64,000 bases of DNA from Nitrosomonadales bacterium (GTDB taxonomy: Bacteria > Pseudomonadota > Gammaproteobacteria > Burkholderiales > SG8-39), in NCBI GenBank assembly GCA_036676355.1, contig JAKFDA010000054.1:12316-76315 (forward strand), given 5' to 3'. Under the pieces are notes generated by a model, which was not told where the DNA came from, made no database searches, and saw only the letters and a list, made by a program, of their open reading frames with translations. The translations under genes were made by a program, and so were the position numbers. Positions within the stretch are counted from its first letter, which is position 1. Each line of letters starts with the position of its first letter. Below are positions 1-9,453 of the stretch, piece by piece.

Positions 1-45
1 TTCCTGGACGAGATCGATCAGTTTTTTTAGTTTGCGTAGATCCAT
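1..45 (-). CDS. accB: Biotin carboxyl carrier protein of acetyl-CoA carboxylase, N-terminal 15 codons only (gene runs off the left edge)
   Basis: The reverse complement of 1-45 reads MDLRKLKKLIDLVQE, the typical AccB N-terminus. A GGAGGAG Shine-Dalgarno lies about 6 nt upstream, and the gene sits just downstream of aroQ as in the common aroQ-accB-accC arrangement. Confidence 0.65.
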   Translation of the reverse strand, partial: MDLRKLKKLIDLVQE

Positions 46-60
46 AGAAACTCCTCCGCG

Positions 61-78
61 CGGCCGCATGAGCGGCCG
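61..78 (-). other. Intercistronic GC hairpin between aroQ and accB
   Basis: CGGCCGC (61-67), ATGA loop, GCGGCCG (72-78): a perfect 7-bp stem with no U-run. It may be an mRNA processing or stability element. Confidence 0.3.
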
Positions 79-93
79 TGCCTGCTTTGGTCT

Positions 94-567
94 TTAGTGC
101 TCGATGGCGTAAGCCAGCGCGAATTCGTAGCCTCGGCTGCCGAGGCCGCAAATCGTCCCGACCGCCAGATCGCTGAAATAGGAATGGCGGCGAAACGTTT
201 CACGCGCATGCACATTGGACAGATGCACTTCGATGAACGGAATGGAAACGCCTGCCAAAGCGTCGCGCAGCGCGACGCTGGTATGCGTGAATCCGCCCGG
301 ATTAATTACGATGAACGCCGTTCCCTGCACTTTCGCAGCATGAACGCGTTCGATCAACTCCCCTTCGTGATTGCTTTGGAAGCACTCGACCCGCACCCCA
401 CGCTCAGTGCCGTAGCGCACCAGCCGCTGGTCGATCGTCTCCAGTGTGTCGTTGCCGTAAATGGCAGGCTCACGTGTCCCAAGTAGATTAAGGTTGGGAC
501 CGTGAAGGACGAGGACCGTCCGCGCTGCGCGCGGCGCCTTTTTACGCCCGCCGATGGATTTTGGCAT
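94..567 (-). CDS. aroQ: Type II 3-dehydroquinate dehydratase
   Basis: The translation contains [20 protein letters not shown] and [16 protein letters not shown], hallmarks of type II DHQase. The start is ambiguous: the ORF opens at 597 and MPKSIGG starts at 567. Confidence 0.9.
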   Translation of the reverse strand: MPKSIGGRKKAPRAARTVLVLHGPNLNLLGTREPAIYGNDTLETIDQRLVRYGTERGVRVECFQSNHEGELIERVHAAKVQGTAFIVINPGGFTHTSVALRDALAGVSIPFIEVHLSNVHARETFRRHSYFSDLAVGTICGLGSRGYEFALAYAIEH

Positions 568-629
568 GGGCGCGAGTTTGCCGCAGATGAGGGTCATTGT
601 CCAAGAATTTACCGGACGTTAGCGGAATT

Positions 630-1169
630 TTAGGAGGCCGCTCCGTGCGGCGGACCGAGCCATTCGAGCAAATCCTGCTCGTGAATCTGGCCGAGCAGGG
701 TGCGGGAAATGCGGCCATCCGGCTCCACCAGAACGGTATACGGCAGCCCGCCGGCCTTGTTACCAAGCAGTCGTATAACCTCGAGCGCCTCGGCGCCGCC
801 GGTCACGATCGGGTAATCGATTCCGAGTTGTTGGACGAATTTCCGCACCGGCTCGGGCGAATCGACCGCGATGCCGACGAATTCGATACCATTCGCCGCA
901 TATTGAGACCGCATTCGATTCAATAGCGGCATTTCCTCGCGACAGGGCGCGCACCAGGTTGCCCAAAAATTAACCAGCAGCCGTTTCCCCTGCCATTGCG
1001 CAAGCTTGGCCGGACTTCCCGTCAAATCGGTAAACGATGTGTGTAGCAGCGCCGTCGGTCCGGTTGGCTTCGGTTCGCCGACCCGCATCGAATAGCCGAA
1101 GTACAGGCCGGCCGCCAGAGCCGCCAGCACGATGAGGCCGCCGCCGATCAGGGTGAATTTTCTAGACAT
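630..1169 (-). CDS. TlpA/ResA-like periplasmic thiol:disulfide oxidoreductase (thioredoxin fold) with an N-terminal membrane anchor
   Basis: It has the WATWCAPCREEMP motif (WCxxC redox motif) and an N-terminal hydrophobic helix LIGGGLIVLAALAAGLYFG. Confidence 0.8.
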   Translation of the reverse strand: MSRKFTLIGGGLIVLAALAAGLYFGYSMRVGEPKPTGPTALLHTSFTDLTGSPAKLAQWQGKRLLVNFWATWCAPCREEMPLLNRMRSQYAANGIEFVGIAVDSPEPVRKFVQQLGIDYPIVTGGAEALEVIRLLGNKAGGLPYTVLVEPDGRISRTLLGQIHEQDLLEWLGPPHGAAS

Positions 1170-1770
1170 CGTTCTGGACCAGTTCGGTCACTGCGTTGAG
1201 GTTGGCGCGCTCGATCGGTCGCGCCTCGGGCGAAGCCTTCAACGCGCGCCGCTCGTCATTGGAAGGATAGATCGACAGCCGCACCGGCACGCCATCCCAT
1301 TCCAGGCGCAGCACTTCCATCGGGCGCGTGTCGTCGTTGCCGGCACGGCGCTCGGCAACGTCGTAGTCGATGTCGCGATTGAGAAAAAACAATTCCAGCG
1401 ATTTGAGATCGTCGGTGTAGAGCTGCAGATCGATGTCGGCATAGCGGCCTGCCGTGCCTTTCAATACCGCGCCGGCAAGATAAGGGTGAAACTCGTTCAG
1501 CGCCCGCATTGCGGCGAGCGCCACGGTGCGCAGTTCACGCACGCGTTCACGCTGTTCGTCGCCCTGGTAAAGCGACTGATATGCCATCAGTTCGGCTTCG
1601 ATCTCATCGTTAGCGGGAAGAGATTGCGTGTCGGATGCGCCCAACTGGCGGGCCGCCTTGCGTTTGGCGAGGGCGTAATCGTCGATGCCGTCTTCGGCCA
1701 TCAGGCGCGCGGCCGCTGCGGCAATCCGGACTCGCATCTGCGCCTGTTTAGGCTTGCTGTCTTTGGGCAT
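1162..1770 (-). CDS. Conserved hypothetical protein with a Pol-beta-superfamily nucleotidyltransferase-like motif
   Basis: The start is taken at MPKDSK (ATG 1770). The motif GAVLKGTAGRYADIDLQLY resembles the minimal NTase signature hG[GS]x9-13DhDh. Its 3' end overlaps the TlpA-like gene start by 8 nt. Confidence 0.5.
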   Translation of the reverse strand: MPKDSKPKQAQMRVRIAAAAARLMAEDGIDDYALAKRKAARQLGASDTQSLPANDEIEAELMAYQSLYQGDEQRERVRELRTVALAAMRALNEFHPYLAGAVLKGTAGRYADIDLQLYTDDLKSLELFFLNRDIDYDVAERRAGNDDTRPMEVLRLEWDGVPVRLSIYPSNDERRALKASPEARPIERANLNAVTELVQNDV

Positions 1771-1889
1771 GGAGCATCGAGGTCCGTCACGGACCGTTAC
1801 GGGCAACAGCGATGATACCCCAGCGATTTGCAGCGATTGATGTTGCGCCGGCGCCATTCTTTGGGCGTCGCGTCGGTAGAATGCCGGCC

Positions 1890-3239
1890 ATGCATATTCA
1901 TATCCTCGGCATCTGCGGCACATTCATGGGCGGCGTCGCGGTACTCGCGAAAGCGGCAGGCTATCGGGTCACCGGTTGTGACGCCAACGTCTATCCGCCC
2001 ATGAGCACCCAACTGGAACAGCAGGGCATCGAAATTCATGCCGGCTTCGGCGTCGAGCAACTCGATCTAGGGCCCGATCTGTGGGTGGTCGGTAATGTCG
2101 TTACGCGCGGCAATCCACTCATGGAAGCCATACTGAATCGTGGCGACCGTTACATTTCCGGCCCGCAATGGCTGGCGGAATCGGTTCTTTCCGGTAAGTG
2201 GGTGCTCGCCGCGGCCGGCACTCACGGCAAGACCACGACCGCTTCGATGCTGGCCTGGATCCTCGAATACGCCGGGCGCAAGCCCGGCTTTCTCATCGGT
2301 GGTGTGCCGCAGAACTTCAAGGTCTCGGCGCGACACAGTGACTCCGAATTGTTCGTGATCGAAGCCGACGAGTACGACACGGCCTTTTTCGACAAACGCT
2401 CGAAGTTCGTGCACTACCGGCCGCGCACCGCCATCCTGAACAACCTCGAATTCGACCATGCCGATATTTTCCCTGACCTCGGCGCCATCGAAACGCAGTT
2501 CCATCATCTCGTGCGCACCATCCCCGGGTCCGGGCGCATTGTGGTCAACGGCAAGGAGGCGGCGCTCGAACGCGTGCTGGCGCGCGGCTGCTGGTCCGAA
2601 GTCGTGCGCTTCGGCACGCCGGACGGCTGGTCGGCGGGCGCGACGGACGACGCGGGATTCGAAGTGCTGCGAGACGGCAAACTCGTCGGCACGGTGCAAT
2701 GGGCGTTGCAGGGCGCGCACAATCGCGACAATGCACTCGCGGCGATCGCGGCCGCGGAACATGCGGGGGTGACGCCTGACATCGCCATTGCCGCGCTTGC
2801 CAGGTTCGAGAACGTCAAGCGGCGTATGGAACTGCGCGGCATCGTCAACGGCGTCAGCGTCTATGACGATTTCGCCCATCACCCTACCGCGATCGATACG
2901 ACCGTGGCGGGCTTGCGTCAGCGCGTCGGCAATGCGCGCATTCTGGCCGTGCTCGAGCCGCGCTCGAACACCATGAAGCTCGGCGTCATGAAAGCAGCAC
3001 TACCGAACAGCCTGCGCGAAGCAGATCGCGTTTATTGCTATACCGATGGCTTGGGATGGGACGCCGAAGGCGCGCTCGAGCCTTTAGGCCTGCGCGCCAG
3101 TTGCCATGGCGATCTGGCGGAATTGGTCGAAGCCGTGGCACGCGAAGCGCGACCCGGCGATCAGGTGCTGGTGATGAGCAACGGTGGCTTCGGCGGCGTG
3201 CACAACAAGCTGCTCGCGCGCCTCGCAAAGCCGAACTAG
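1890..3239 (+). CDS. mpl: UDP-N-acetylmuramate:L-alanyl-gamma-D-glutamyl-meso-DAP ligase (murein peptide ligase)
   Basis: MHIHILGICGTFMGG N-terminus and GTHGKTTT P-loop, with Mur-ligase architecture of about 450 aa. The start is taken at MHIHILG rather than the ORF opening at 1812. Confidence 0.88.
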   Translation: MHIHILGICGTFMGGVAVLAKAAGYRVTGCDANVYPPMSTQLEQQGIEIHAGFGVEQLDLGPDLWVVGNVVTRGNPLMEAILNRGDRYISGPQWLAESVLSGKWVLAAAGTHGKTTTASMLAWILEYAGRKPGFLIGGVPQNFKVSARHSDSELFVIEADEYDTAFFDKRSKFVHYRPRTAILNNLEFDHADIFPDLGAIETQFHHLVRTIPGSGRIVVNGKEAALERVLARGCWSEVVRFGTPDGWSAGATDDAGFEVLRDGKLVGTVQWALQGAHNRDNALAAIAAAEHAGVTPDIAIAALARFENVKRRMELRGIVNGVSVYDDFAHHPTAIDTTVAGLRQRVGNARILAVLEPRSNTMKLGVMKAALPNSLREADRVYCYTDGLGWDAEGALEPLGLRASCHGDLAELVEAVAREARPGDQVLVMSNGGFGGVHNKLLARLAKPN

Positions 3240-4189
3240 CCGTGGATACAATCGATTTCGAGCAGCAGTTCGCCGCGACATACATCGCCGGCGAGCAGCA
3301 GCGCCGGGCAGCCGGGAATGCGCTGTTGCAGCCAGTTGCCGACGTCCGGCACTTGCGCCGGATTGCGCACGTAAAGCTTCAGCAGGCTTTCCGCGCCGAG
3401 CGGTCCGATTCCGGCCGTGCGCATGAGACTGTCCAGATTGCGCGCGGTTTCGTCCAGCTGGGCGGCCGCGTCGCCGACATGGTGCGAGGCATGGCCGACC
3501 ACCGAGGCGGTGCCGGACACCAATAACTGTTTTGCCGGACTCAGCATGGCGCGCGCGAAGGCGGGTGGCGTCGGCCCGTACTGGCGCGGATAGCAATAGG
3601 CGCTGACCTGGCGCGGATTTTCCACCGGTACGCCGGGCTCCCGGGCGCTCAACCAGTACACCTGCAATGTACGCACGCCATCCTGACGACCGATCGCGGT
3701 GCCGGCCGGATACGCGCCGCGAAAGCGATTGCGCATGCCGCGCGCGCGGCCGCTGCAGAACAGGCGATAACGCTCGGCGTCGCCGTCGCCGAGGTTGATC
3801 GCGTCCATGTAATTCCACGTGCGCAGGACCGCTTCATATGGCTGGGCGTTGACGAAATCGCAAAGCGTGCGATAGGCGGTTTCGGCCGCCTCGGCGATGC
3901 CGCCGCGTTCATGTTCATCCACCTCGATCGCGCCGTACATGTAATCGCCGTCGGCGGCGTAACGTACGGCATCGTTCCGACCGGTCGCGACCGGCCTGCT
4001 GCTGCGCCAGACTTCGAAGGACGCGGACGGCGTCAAGGTCTCCAGTCCGACATGCAGGTAGCGCGGGTCGTCATGCGTCGGCGCCTCGCGTCCAAAGCCG
4101 AACACCGCCAGTACCGTTGCATCGGCGAGGATCGATTCGAGGGGCTGTTGCTGATAGGAAAAGCGGAGGGGCGGGAAGGATGCGCCCAT
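3236..4189 (-). CDS. Chorismatase-like protein (FkbO/Hyg5/XanB2 family, with a RidA/YjgF-like C-terminal domain)
   Basis: The sequence resembles proteins I recall being annotated as chorismatase or pteridine-dependent deoxygenase-like (for example TWNYMDAINLGDGDAERYRLFCSGRA and SGTASVVGHASHHVGD). The start is taken at MGASFPP. Its stop shares a CTAG with the mpl stop. Confidence 0.55.
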   Translation of the reverse strand: MGASFPPLRFSYQQQPLESILADATVLAVFGFGREAPTHDDPRYLHVGLETLTPSASFEVWRSSRPVATGRNDAVRYAADGDYMYGAIEVDEHERGGIAEAAETAYRTLCDFVNAQPYEAVLRTWNYMDAINLGDGDAERYRLFCSGRARGMRNRFRGAYPAGTAIGRQDGVRTLQVYWLSAREPGVPVENPRQVSAYCYPRQYGPTPPAFARAMLSPAKQLLVSGTASVVGHASHHVGDAAAQLDETARNLDSLMRTAGIGPLGAESLLKLYVRNPAQVPDVGNWLQQRIPGCPALLLAGDVCRGELLLEIDCIHG

Positions 4190-4261
4190 GCTGCGACTCG
4201 GCGGGGCAAAACAGGCCTGCAATGATACATTGCCCCGCCCCGGCTCTCGACCTCGCGCCAT

Positions 4262-4831
4262 ATGCTCATCTATCTACACGGTTTCAACAGCGCGCCAGCC
4301 TCGCAGAAGGCACAGCTGCTGCGCCGCGAAATGACAATCCTGGGCCTGGCACGCGCCTATCGCTGTCCGGCGCTGCCGCCGCAACCGCTCGCCGCCATTG
4401 CGACGATCGAAGCGGAAATCGCACGGGCCGCGGACGAGACGATCACCCTCGTCGGAAGTTCGCTCGGCGGTTTCTACGCCACGCACCTCGCGGAAAAGCA
4501 CGATTTAAGAGCGGTGCTGCTAAATCCTGCGGTGCGCCCGCAAATGGATCTTGAGGCCTACATCGGTCCGCAACGCAATCTGTATACCGGCGCGACTTAT
4601 GAATTGACGCACGAACATGTCGCGCAATGGCGCGCGCTCGATGTCGAGCATGTCAGCGCGCGTCGCTATCTTCTGATTGTGGAAACGGGCGATGAAGTCC
4701 TGGACTATCGTCTTGCTGTGGACAAATACCCCGGCGCGCAACAGATCGTCATCGATGGCGGCGACCACAGCCTGCAAAGCTTCCCGCGCCACATCCCCGC
4801 CATCCTTCGCTTCGGCGGGTTGCACGGTTGA
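4262..4831 (+). CDS. YqiA-like esterase (alpha/beta hydrolase, UPF0227)
   Basis: MLIYLHGFNS N-terminus and a GSSLGG nucleophile elbow, about 189 aa. Confidence 0.75.
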   Translation: MLIYLHGFNSAPASQKAQLLRREMTILGLARAYRCPALPPQPLAAIATIEAEIARAADETITLVGSSLGGFYATHLAEKHDLRAVLLNPAVRPQMDLEAYIGPQRNLYTGATYELTHEHVAQWRALDVEHVSARRYLLIVETGDEVLDYRLAVDKYPGAQQIVIDGGDHSLQSFPRHIPAILRFGGLHG

Positions 4832-4949
4832 TCGGAAGACTGCGGACGCGGTCTCCCGTGAAAGCGAAAAAGCTTCGGGAGCGGTTCCTGCTCACCGGTA
4901 TAATCGGCCGCTCCTACCGCAGCCCTCCTACCGGCGTCCGCCGGGTCTC

Positions 4950-6824
4950 ATGAACGTCCTGTACGAAGAAAACGGCAGCTTCAAGGTGGGTACCGTGCTG
5001 ACCGAGCACGACTCATCCGTGCAAGTCGAAGCGCCGCATGGCAAGCGCAGCAAAGTCAAAGCGTCGAACGTGTTGTTGCGGTTCGATGCCGCGGGGTTGC
5101 ACGATTTCCTCGAGCGCGCCGAAGCGGAGGCGGCCGAAATCGACACCGATTTCCTCTGGCAATGTTGCGGGGATGCCGAATTCGGCTTCATCGATCTGGC
5201 CACCGAATACCACGGGCGCGCGCCGTCGCCGCTCGAATCGACCGCCATCCTACTGAAACTGCATTCGGCCCCGATCTATTTCCATCGCAAGGGTAAGGGG
5301 CGTTTCCGCGCCGCGCCGGCGGACACGCTCAAAGCCGCGCTCGCCGGTCTGGAACGCAAACGACTGCACGCCGAACAGATCGAGCAGTGGGCGCAGGCGC
5401 TGCAGCGCTTCGAACTTCCCGATGCTTTGCGCCCGTATGTGCGCGAACTGCTCTACAAGCCGGATCGCAATCGCAATGAGACCAAGGCGTTCGAACAGGC
5501 CTGTGCGGCGACCGGCCTGTCACCCGCCAAGCTGCTGCATGGGTGCGGTGCGCTCCCGTCTTCGCACGACTACCACTTCAATCGCTTTCTGTACGAGCAG
5601 TTTCCGCGCGGCGTGGAATTCCCGGCTGTCAACGTGCCGCCATTGCCGAGCGATCTGCCCACGGCCGAGGTGCGCGCTTTCAGCCTGGACGACGAATCGA
5701 CGACCGAGATCGACGATGCCATGTCGCTCGTCACGTTGCCCGACGGCCGCGTGCGGGTCGGCATCCATATCGCCGCGCCCGGCCTGGGCTTCGCGCCCGG
5801 CTCCGAAATCGATGCGATCGCGCGCGAGCGTCTGTCCACCGCTTATATGCCGGGACGCAAGTTCACCATGCTGCCGCCTGAGGTGGTTGAGCGTTTTACG
5901 CTCGGTGAAGGGGGCGCCCGCCCGGCGCTGTCGCTTTATATCGATGTCGATCCCGTCACTTTCGATATCGTCGCGACCGAGAGCCGCGTCGAAAACGTTC
6001 CCATCGCGGCCAACCTGCGCCACCATCAGGTCGAACGCCTGAACGAAACCTTCATGGCCGGCGAGTGCGATCCGGCCATTCCTTTCGCACAGGAACTGCT
6101 GTGGCTCTATCGCTTCGCATTGGTTCTTGAAGCGCGACGCGGCAAAACCAATACGATTGATCGCCTCGACTACACGTTCCATGTCGAGAACGACCACGTC
6201 ACGATCGAGGCGCGCAAACGCGGCGCTCCGCTGGACAAGCTTGTTTCCGAAACGATGATTCTCACCAATCGCCTGTGGGGCAAGCTGCTCGACGATCATG
6301 CCGCCGCGGCGATCTATCGCGCGCAAGGCGACGGCAAGGTTCGCATGACCACCATCGCCTCCGAGCATCAGGGACTGGGCGTCACGCATTACGCCTGGTC
6401 CAGTTCACCGCTGCGCCGCTACGTGGATCTGGTCAATCAGTGGCAGTTGCTGGCCATCGTGCAGGGCAATGTGCCGCCCTTCTCGCGCAAGTCCGACCAG
6501 CTCATGGGGGCGCTACGCGATTTCGAACTGACGTATGCCGCGTATGACGGGTTTCAACGACAGATGGAACAGTACTGGTGTCTGCGCTGGCTGCAACAGG
6601 AAGGCGTCAAATTTGCGCACGCGCAGGTCTGGCGCGAGAATCTGGTGCGCTTCACCGATGTGCCGTTGTTCACGCGCGTGCCTTCATTGCCGGAGTTGGC
6701 GCCCGGCACAGCGGTCGTACTCGAGATCGAGGCGATCGACTTGATTGACATGCAGGTGCGCTGTCTCTATAAAAAGCCGCTCCAGGATCGACAGGAAACT
6801 GAGCCGGACGCACGGATTTGCTGA
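4950..6824 (+). CDS. RNB-domain 3'-5' exoribonuclease (RNase II family)
   Basis: Start at MNVLYEENGSFKVG (ATG 4950). It has an RNB catalytic motif, STTEIDDAMSL. The upstream 91 codons of the ORF overlap the yqiA-like gene and were discarded. Confidence 0.8.
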   Translation: MNVLYEENGSFKVGTVLTEHDSSVQVEAPHGKRSKVKASNVLLRFDAAGLHDFLERAEAEAAEIDTDFLWQCCGDAEFGFIDLATEYHGRAPSPLESTAILLKLHSAPIYFHRKGKGRFRAAPADTLKAALAGLERKRLHAEQIEQWAQALQRFELPDALRPYVRELLYKPDRNRNETKAFEQACAATGLSPAKLLHGCGALPSSHDYHFNRFLYEQFPRGVEFPAVNVPPLPSDLPTAEVRAFSLDDESTTEIDDAMSLVTLPDGRVRVGIHIAAPGLGFAPGSEIDAIARERLSTAYMPGRKFTMLPPEVVERFTLGEGGARPALSLYIDVDPVTFDIVATESRVENVPIAANLRHHQVERLNETFMAGECDPAIPFAQELLWLYRFALVLEARRGKTNTIDRLDYTFHVENDHVTIEARKRGAPLDKLVSETMILTNRLWGKLLDDHAAAAIYRAQGDGKVRMTTIASEHQGLGVTHYAWSSSPLRRYVDLVNQWQLLAIVQGNVPPFSRKSDQLMGALRDFELTYAAYDGFQRQMEQYWCLRWLQQEGVKFAHAQVWRENLVRFTDVPLFTRVPSLPELAPGTAVVLEIEAIDLIDMQVRCLYKKPLQDRQETEPDARIC

Positions 6825-6845
6825 TCTGATGTTGCCGGGAAATGT

Positions 6846-7847
6846 TTGAGGTTTGGGCTGCGTATCCCTCGTGCATTTCCTGAAATCAGGGAGGCGATCG
6901 AACCCGGAGACCCTTTTGCGCTTTCCTCAGGTCGCACGTTGCAATATTCCCTACCGCGCGCTTCTCTAGCGCCTCTTGGCGTATTCGGTTTCGTCAAAGC
7001 TTCCCCCGCTTTGGCGGCGGCGCTTGCCGTGTCGCTCGGGATTCACATCGCGGCGCTATCGGTGCACTTCAGCTTTCCGGATGCGCTGAAGTTCAAGGAC
7101 GTGCCGCCCTCGCTCGATGTCGTACTGGTCAATAGCAAATCGGCGACCAAGCCCGTCAAGGCGGACGTGCTGGCGCAGGCGAATCTGGATGGCGGCGGCA
7201 ATACCGATGAAAACCGTCGCGCCAAGACACCGCTGCCCGCCACACAGAAAGTCGAACGGGGCGACGACGTGCGTCGCGCGCAAAAGCGCGTGCAGGCGCT
7301 CGAGGCCAAGCAGCGCGAACTGCTGACGCAGGCGCGCGCCAAAGCGGCGGTGCCTGCGCCCGATGCGAAAGCGGCGCCGACGCCGGACGTGCAGGCGCCG
7401 CAGGTATCGGGCGTCGATTTGCGCGATTCGGCGCTGATGCTGGCGCGCATGGAAGCGCAGATCGCGCGTCAGATCGACGAATACAACAAACGGCCGCGCA
7501 AGCATTTCGTCGGCACGCGCGCGAAAGAAGTGCGGTTCGCGCAGTATGTGGAAAACTGGCGACAGAAGATAGAGCGCATCGGCAACCTCAACTATCCGGA
7601 CAGCGCGCGCGGTCGCGTGTACGGCAGCTTGCGCATGACCGTGTCGATCCGTGCCGACGGTTCGGTGGAAAGCATGCAGATCGATCGTCCGTCGGGGCAT
7701 CGTGTGCTCGATGCGGCGGCGGAAAAGATCGTCCGCATGGCGGCGCCTTATGCGGAGTTCCCGCCCGATATCAAGCGCGATACGGATATTCTCGTCATCA
7801 CCCGCACCTGGACCTTCGCGCCGGGCGACAAACTGTACAACGAGTAG
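6846..7847 (+). CDS. TonB-family protein (one TM helix, charged/Pro-Ala-rich linker, TonB C-terminal domain)
   Basis: The C-terminus YPDSARGRVYGSLRMTVSIRADGSVESMQIDRPSGHRVLDAAAEKIV is TonB_C-like. The TM segment is ALAAALAVSLGIHIAALSV. The start codon is uncertain (TTG 6846 or TTG 6939). No exbBD lies adjacent. Confidence 0.65.
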   Translation: MRFGLRIPRAFPEIREAIEPGDPFALSSGRTLQYSLPRASLAPLGVFGFVKASPALAAALAVSLGIHIAALSVHFSFPDALKFKDVPPSLDVVLVNSKSATKPVKADVLAQANLDGGGNTDENRRAKTPLPATQKVERGDDVRRAQKRVQALEAKQRELLTQARAKAAVPAPDAKAAPTPDVQAPQVSGVDLRDSALMLARMEAQIARQIDEYNKRPRKHFVGTRAKEVRFAQYVENWRQKIERIGNLNYPDSARGRVYGSLRMTVSIRADGSVESMQIDRPSGHRVLDAAAEKIVRMAAPYAEFPPDIKRDTDILVITRTWTFAPGDKLYNE

Positions 7848-7942
7848 CGATCGTTGCACGGTCGAGGTGGCGATCCCCGCGAGAAGGCGCGCGCGGTTAA
7901 GATGGTGGCTCGATCTCATTTCGAAAGCCACGCAACAACGCC

Positions 7943-8761
7943 ATGACCGACCGTTATGCCGTGATCGGCAATCCGATCGCGCACAGTAAATCTCCTTATA
8001 TCCATCGCGAGTTCGCGCAGCAGACCTTGCAGTCGCTGACGTACGAGCGACTGCTCGCACCGCTGGACGGTTTCGTTCAGACGGTTGAGGCGTTTCGCGC
8101 CGCGGGCGGGCGCGGTGTCAACGTCACCGTGCCGTTCAAGGAGCAGGCATTCGAGCTGGCCACAAGTCGTTCGGCGCGCGCCGAAGCGGCCGGGGCGGTG
8201 AACACGCTGCGATTCGACGACGGCGGCGCTTACGGTGATAACACCGACGGCGTGGGACTGGTGCGCGATCTGCGCTCCAATCACGGCATCATGCTGCACG
8301 GCACGCGAATGCTTCTGATCGGCGCAGGCGGCGCTGCGCGCGGCGTGGTCGGGTCGCTGCTCGGCGAAAAGCCGCAACGCCTGGTCATCGCCAATCGCAC
8401 CATCGAGAAAGCGCACGCCATTGCGGCGCCGTTCGCGCCGGCGATCGAAGTCGCAAGCTATGAAGACCTGGCCGGGCAGCGCTTCGATGTATTGATCAAC
8501 GCGACTTCGGCAAGCATGATCGGCGAGTTGCCGCCCATCCCGGAGGATGTTTACGCGCACGCGAATGTCGCATACGACATGGTGTACGGTGCGGTCCCGA
8601 CGCCTTTTCAGGTTCACGCGAAGCAACTGGGCTGTCCTCGCTGTTTTGATGGCCTCGGCATGCTGGTCGAGCAGGCCGCCGAATCGTTCTACTTGTGGCG
8701 CGGCCTGCGCCCCGCCACCAAACCGGTGCTCTCGCTGCTGCGCGCTTCGCTGCGCGTATGA
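7943..8761 (+). CDS. aroE: Shikimate 5-dehydrogenase
   Basis: The N-terminus YAVIGNPIAHSKSPYIH and the GAGGAARG NADP-binding motif are both present. Confidence 0.9.
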   Translation: MTDRYAVIGNPIAHSKSPYIHREFAQQTLQSLTYERLLAPLDGFVQTVEAFRAAGGRGVNVTVPFKEQAFELATSRSARAEAAGAVNTLRFDDGGAYGDNTDGVGLVRDLRSNHGIMLHGTRMLLIGAGGAARGVVGSLLGEKPQRLVIANRTIEKAHAIAAPFAPAIEVASYEDLAGQRFDVLINATSASMIGELPPIPEDVYAHANVAYDMVYGAVPTPFQVHAKQLGCPRCFDGLGMLVEQAAESFYLWRGLRPATKPVLSLLRASLRV

Positions 8762-9453
8762 AAGCGTTGCGCAGAGCGCTTGGTTATCTATGCGCAGCGT
8801 TGTTCGCCGGTGTCCTGCTGATGCAGTTCTGGTACTTCGGCCATATTCTCTACTGGAGCCATTACAGCGTCGGGCAGACGAGTTTCATGGCGCAGCGGCT
8901 CGACCAATTGCGTGCCAAACGCCCCAAAGCAGAATTGAAATATCGCTGGGTCGACTACAACCGCATTTCCAATCATCTCAAGCGCGCGGTGATCGCCGCC
9001 GAAGACGCGAAATTCATCGATCACGAAGGTTTCGATTGGGACGGCATTCAGCGCGCCATCGAAAAGAATCAGCGCAAAGGTCGGTTCGTGGCCGGCGGAT
9101 CGACCATCAGCCAGCAGCTGGCGAAGAATCTTTTTCTGTCCGGTCAACGCAGCATGTGGCGCAAGGGACAGGAGGCGATCATTACGCTCATGCTTGAAGC
9201 GACCATGGACAAGCGACGCATTCTGGAGCTCTATTTGAATGTCGCCGAGTGGGGCGAAGGCATGTTCGGGGCAGAAGCGGCCGCGCGCCATTACTACGGG
9301 GTGAGTGCGGCGCAACTTACCTCGGCGCAGGCGGCGCGCCTCGCGGCGATGCTGCCGCGCCCGCGCTATTACGATCGCAATCGCGGCTCACGCTATCTTG
9401 CCGCCTACAGCAGTCGCATCCATGCGCGCATGGATGCCGCGACGATTCCTTAG
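8758..9453 (+). CDS. mtgA: Monofunctional biosynthetic peptidoglycan transglycosylase
   Basis: GT51 motifs RAVIAAEDAKFIDHEGFDWDGI and GGSTISQQLAKN. Its ATG overlaps the aroE stop (ATGA). Confidence 0.88.
   Translation: MKALRRALGYLCAALFAGVLLMQFWYFGHILYWSHYSVGQTSFMAQRLDQLRAKRPKAELKYRWVDYNRISNHLKRAVIAAEDAKFIDHEGFDWDGIQRAIEKNQRKGRFVAGGSTISQQLAKNLFLSGQRSMWRKGQEAIITLMLEATMDKRRILELYLNVAEWGEGMFGAEAAARHYYGVSAAQLTSAQAARLAAMLPRPRYYDRNRGSRYLAAYSSRIHARMDAATIP

Noticed and set aside
4677-4949. A 91-codon N-terminal extension of the RNase II ORF that overlaps the yqiA-like gene.
   Set aside because: The extension lies in a different frame over a supported gene and is Ala/Ser/Arg-rich. The conserved N-terminus MNVLYEENGSFKVG starts at 4950.
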